Shown one piece after another: positions 8,409-11,571 of a stretch of 11,571 nucleotides of DNA. How positions within the stretch are numbered: the first letter of the stretch is position 1; each line of letters begins with the position of its first letter. The translations under genes were made by a program, and so were the position numbers. The stretch is from the NCBI GenBank assembly GCA_000388065.2, contig KB932201.1; one strand, given 5' to 3'. The notes under the pieces are model-generated. The model worked only from the letters and a program-made list of their open reading frames with translations. It searched no databases and was not told the DNA's origin. Source of the stretch: Fonticula alba ATCC 38817 (Eukaryota > Protista > Nucleariida).

Positions 8409-9003
8409 ATGTCCTCGGCACAATTTTTCCGCCGCCTCGGCGGGCATGTCCCTCGAGCCTCCCCCGGCCGGGGCCCCACGCGCATGATGCACTCGTTGGC
8501 GGGGCGCACCGTGGCGGCGGTCCCAGCTGGCGGATCCACTCCCGGTCGGGCCACCGCCGCCTGGAGCCTGGTTGCTCTGTGCCTGGCTGGCTATGCCACC
8601 TTCCGGTGGGGGGACGACCTGGCCGAGCAGGCGCACGCCCTCTGGGCAGGGCCCGTGGCGGCGGCGGCGGCGGCGGCAAGCCCGCTGCTGACGGCGATGC
8701 ACTGCGATGCCGGGGCCCCGCCGGAAACCGTGCGCACGGCGGCCCCCTTCACCGAGAGCCGCTTCTCGGCGGACATGTACTTCACGGCCCCGGCACACCA
8801 CCGGGAGAACGCCGACATCCTGCTGCCCCGAGTGCCGGCAGTGCCGCGGCACCTGCCGGATGGCACACTGCACGTGTACGGCGAGTGCACCTTCCGCTGG
8901 ATCGATGAGGCACTGGCCCCGGGGGCGGCTGCCCTGCCGGAGGGGCACCTGTTCTTCGGAACGCCAGCCCTGCGGGACCTGTCCGTGCATTTGTCCCATG
9001 GTG
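8409..9003 (+). CDS. FMP25: Exon 1 of an FMP25-like mitochondrial RCC1-repeat protein (presequence-like N-terminus, TM-like segment, start of the propeller)
   Basis: MSSAQFFRRLGGHVPRASPGRGPTRMMHSLAGRT is Arg-rich with no acidic residues. Hydrophobic AAWSLVALCLAGYATF lies at about 8556-8603. FFGTPALRDLSVHLSHG continues after splicing into AAVNARGDVYQWG, which resembles my recollection of the fungal FMP25 motif (F.G..LRD......GAAI.E.GDL.QWG). GTGCGT donor at 9004, phase 1. Confidence 0.8.
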
Positions 9004-9166
9004 GTGCGTGTGTCTGACGCCAAGGGGAGGGGGGGGGGATGGCCATGGGCGGGCGTGGGCCGGGCACGGCGCATGCTCGCGCCGGCGCACATTCCGATGT
9101 CCCCCTCATCGGTCCCCTCTAACATGAATGCCTGCCTCCCTCTGTCGCGTGGTGCCGCCGCCCCAG

Positions 9167-9303
9167 CCGCGGTCAATGCCCGAGGCGATGTCTACCAGTG
9201 GGGCGTCGATTCTCCCGCGCCGGTGCTCACCCTGCGTGGCTTGGATGCGGTGCAGGTCGAGACCGCCGGCCAGGCGCCCTTGTCGGTGGCCCTAACCCGT
9301 CAG
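9167..9303 (+). CDS. FMP25: Exon 2 of the FMP25-like RCC1-repeat protein
   Basis: CCCCAG acceptor at 9161-9166; reads (A)AVNARGDVYQWGVDSPAPVLTLRGLDAVQVETAGQAPLSVALTRQ; GTGCGC donor at 9304, phase 0. Confidence 0.85.
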
Positions 9304-9410
9304 GTGCGCACGTGTCGCTCTGGCTGTCATCTGCGCCCTTTTCTTGTGTGTTTGCTCATGTCCTGACCTCGCACCTCTCGCTGCCTCTCCCCTTCCGGGC
9401 ATGCACGCAG

Positions 9411-9574
9411 GGCTCCATCGTCGTCCTGTCGCCGATTGACGCACCGCCGGCCGACCACACGGCCACCCTCACCATCGCCAACACCGGGCTCGCTTCCTAC
9501 CTCTACCCCACCAAGACCATCACGGCGGAGGGCGTGTCCCATGTGCTTGTGTGCCCGGAAGAGCCGACCATCAA
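9411..9574 (+). CDS. FMP25: Exon 3 of the FMP25-like RCC1-repeat protein
   Basis: CTGAC branch at 9363-9367, GCAG acceptor ending 9410; reads GSIVVLSPIDAPPADH...CPEEPTI; GTACGT donor at 9575, phase 2. Confidence 0.82.
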
Positions 9575-9702
9575 GTACGTGTGCCTTCGAGCCGGCCGGC
9601 CACCTTTCGCTCCTGCGTTTGTCTGCCTTCCCCGGTGGCCGGGACTGACCTGTCGGTGTTTGGGGGGCCACAACCGCACGGGGGGGAAAAAAAAAGATTC
9701 AG

Positions 9703-9754
9703 CAAGATCTCCGTGGGCGATCACCACCTGCTCGCTGTGTCGACCTGTGGCCGT
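9703..9754 (+). CDS. FMP25: Exon 4 of the FMP25-like RCC1-repeat protein (alternative start 9697)
   Basis: Reads (N)KISVGDHHLLAVSTCGR, a classic RCC1 'I.vG..H.l.l...G' blade. Acceptor TCAG at 9699-9702, or AAG 6 nt upstream (also in frame). GTGCGT donor at 9755, phase 0. Confidence 0.8.
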
Positions 9755-9875
9755 GTGCGTGCTGGCTTCCCCTCCCTTCCTGCCTCCCACATCGCGGGTT
9801 CTCTCCTGCCCTCCCCTTCCCCTTCCCCCCACCTTCCCGGCCTGGACATTCACCCTGTATCCACTCGCACCGCAG

Positions 9876-9966
9876 CTCTTCAGCTGTCCCCTGACGGAGA
9901 AGGCCAATGCCTTTGGCCAGCTGGGCCTCGGCACCATGGGCGACGTCCCAACTGAGGATCTCTTCA
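9876..9966 (+). CDS. FMP25: Exon 5 of the FMP25-like RCC1-repeat protein
   Basis: CGCAG acceptor ending 9875; reads LFSCPLTEKANAFGQLGLGTMGDVPTEDLF with the RCC1 N..GQLGLG motif; GTGCGC donor at 9967, phase 1. Confidence 0.85.
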
Positions 9967-9999
9967 GTGCGCTCCCCCCCCCCCCCCCCCAAGGCCCGG

Positions 10000-10049
10000 G
10001 CGCACACACACACACACACGTGCATATGCATACATGCATGCATACACGC
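10000..10049. repeat. 50-nt perfectly alternating purine/pyrimidine tract in intron 5 of gene 2
   Basis: gcgc(ac)n gtgcatatgcatacatgcatgcatacacgc with no break in R/Y alternation. Confidence 0.9.
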
Positions 10050-10336
10050 CCCGTGTGTCGGGGCGATATGGTGGAGCCGCCCGCCGCCGTGGCCGCAGCC
10101 GGGGGCCTGGCTGGTGGGACGGGTGGAGATGGAACCCGCGGCGGCGTGTTGTTCCCCCCCCTTCCTTGGCCTCCCCCCCCCCCCCCCCCCCCCCCCTGCC
10201 TCCAGCCTGACATTGCTTGTTATTGTGGACGCCCATCTGCTTGGGGGCGTCCTTTCTCCCTGCGGCTCCCCGCCCTCCCTCGGCCGGCCGACGAGCTAAC
10301 CTCCTCTGCCGCGCCCGGCGCTACTGCTTGTGCCAG

Positions 10337-10879
10337 TCCTTCGGCCGGTGATCGGCCTGCCGGCGTCGCATGGCGTGGCCGACGTGGCCACCGGGGCCGG
10401 GCACTCCCTGGCGGCCTGTGACTCGGGACTGGTGTATGCCTTCGGGGACAACCGCATGCAGCAGCTGACTCTCGGCCACATCCGCATGAAGTCCCGGTCG
10501 CTGACGTCCTTCCCCGAGCCGACCCTCTGCCGGGGGCTGCCGCTGTTGGCCTCGGACCAATGGGTGTCGCGGACGCTGGCGGCCGGCGGCAAGCCGGACC
10601 CCGAGCAGCCAGCCCTGCCACAGCAGGTGGTTCGGCTGGCGGCCGGTGGCGACACATCGGCCTTCGTGGTCATCGACCGCGACCCCACCCCGCGGTACAA
10701 TGTCCTGGTCAGTGGCTTCGGCCAATTTGGCCAGCTGGGATCTGGGTCCTTCCTGCATTCGGTCGGCCGGGCGCACACCGTGCGCAACCTCAGTGGCCTG
10801 ACGTCCATGGACGAGGCCACGCGGACGCGTCAGCCCATCCCCATTCGGACCCTGTCCGTGAGCTTGGGCCACTGTGCAG
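10337..10879 (+). CDS. FMP25: Exon 6 of the FMP25-like RCC1-repeat protein
   Basis: GCTAAC branch at 10295-10300, CCAG acceptor ending 10336; contains VADVATGAGHSLAACDSGLVYAFGDNRMQQL, VVRLAAGGDTSAFV, VSGFGQFGQLGSG and NLSGLTSMDEATRTRQPIPIRTLSVSLGHCA; GTACGC donor at 10880, phase 1. Confidence 0.9.
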
Positions 10880-10900
10880 GTACGCGGGCACACTGCTACC

Positions 10901-10933
10901 GCTGTTGTTGTTGCTGCTGTTGTTGCTGTTGTT
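10901..10933. repeat. (GTT/GCT)11 intronic microsatellite in intron 6 of gene 2
   Basis: gct gtt gtt gtt gct gct gtt gtt gct gtt gtt. Confidence 0.9.
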
Positions 10934-11202
10934 TATATGCATGTGTGTGTGCACGGACCGCACAAACGCAAGTTGGAGAATGCGCGATGTATCTTTCCCC
11001 CTCGTTCGGTCGAGATCTCAGCGCGCCATTTCCCCCGGTTTAGTTGCCTCTTTCTTGTGCTTTTTTTTTTGCTGACTGTACCATGGCACTCCCCCCTGTG
11101 TCCGCTGGGCGCCGGTCCCGGTTGGTAAAACAAAACATCCATCCCAAACGACGCCCCGACGTGTGGGCTCCGACCACGGGACCCCCCTCCGCGCTCTGGC
11201 AG

Positions 11203-11501
11203 CCATCCTGGATACCACCACGCCCACGGGCCTGCCGAGTCGGTACATCCCCCCGCTGGACGCCTTCCTGTGGGGCGACAACCGTGCCGGGCAGCTGGGC
11301 AACGGCCTGCGCGCCATGGTGGGGGTCCCTTGGCAGCCGTCCGAGCGTGTGCTCTCGCCAAAGAAGCAGGATGGCTCTCCGGCCCCGCGGCCGGAGGACC
11401 TGCGCGACCTCCCCGCCGTCACCGGCACCCCGGGGCACCGCTTCGACCTGACCTGCAGCCCGACGGCCACCTTTGTCTTCCTGGCGGCCGACAGCCGCTG
11501 A
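11203..11501 (+). CDS. FMP25: Exon 7 (last) of the FMP25-like RCC1-repeat protein; total CDS 1881 nt, 626 aa
   Basis: GGCAG acceptor ending 11202; reads (A)ILDTTTPTG...DAFLWGDNRAGQLGNG...LTCSPTATFVFLAADSR, TGA at 11499-11501. Exon lengths 595+137+164+52+91+543+299 = 1881 keep one frame. Confidence 0.88.
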
Positions 11502-11571
11502 GCGGACAGGGGCGCGCGCGTGCGTAGATGGTCGAAGAGCCCCCCGCCCTTTGTAGATGCACGCCCCCCCC

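Noticed and set aside
7734-8487. Intergenic ORFs (7852..8487, 7355..8284, 7991..8350, and the 7950 upstream extension of gene 2)
   Set aside because: They run through homopolymers, CA repeats and the foldback, and translate to poly-P/G/HT. The credible gene 2 start is ATG8409, which begins a presequence-like segment.
8484-8492. ATGATGCAC (MMH) occurs both here and at the kinase start (126-134)
   Set aside because: A 9-nt match with no extension is chance-level.
10050-10150. Possible extra coding exon inside gene 2 intron 5
   Set aside because: No donor matching the GTRCG pattern, no RCC1-like sequence, and direct exon 5 to exon 6 joining keeps frame.
1-11571. tRNA, rRNA, CRISPR array, transposase or reverse transcriptase coding sequence, prokaryotic defence system
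   Set aside because: No cloverleaf, rRNA-like segment, repeat-spacer periodicity or such protein motifs were seen. The window is accounted for by two spliced eukaryotic genes and their spacer.

Overview
GC-rich, intron-containing eukaryotic DNA with two + strand genes in tandem. The composition (very high GC, homopolymer- and CA/GC-rich introns, a fungal-type FMP25-like gene) suggests an opisthokont protist such as a Fonticula-like nucleariid; that is an impression, not a search result. Gene 1 (join 126..563,682..7005; 2253 aa) is a very large AMPK-related (CAMKL; MARK/NIM1/SIK group) Ser/Thr kinase with an intact catalytic core, a UBA-like module, a long low-complexity spacer and a KA1-like module near the C-terminus. 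Gene 2 (join 8409..9003,9167..9303,9411..9574,9703..9754,9876..9966,10337..10879,11203..11501; 626 aa) is a mitochondrial-type RCC1-repeat protein resembling fungal FMP25. The 1.4-kb intergenic region holds an 83-nt G run, several short palindromes and a 127-nt near-perfect foldback (55-nt arms) 218 nt upstream of gene 2, the most unexplained structure in the window. No prokaryote-type system, RNA gene, CRISPR array or autonomous mobile element is supported. Most other ORFs in the track are GC-rich shadows.
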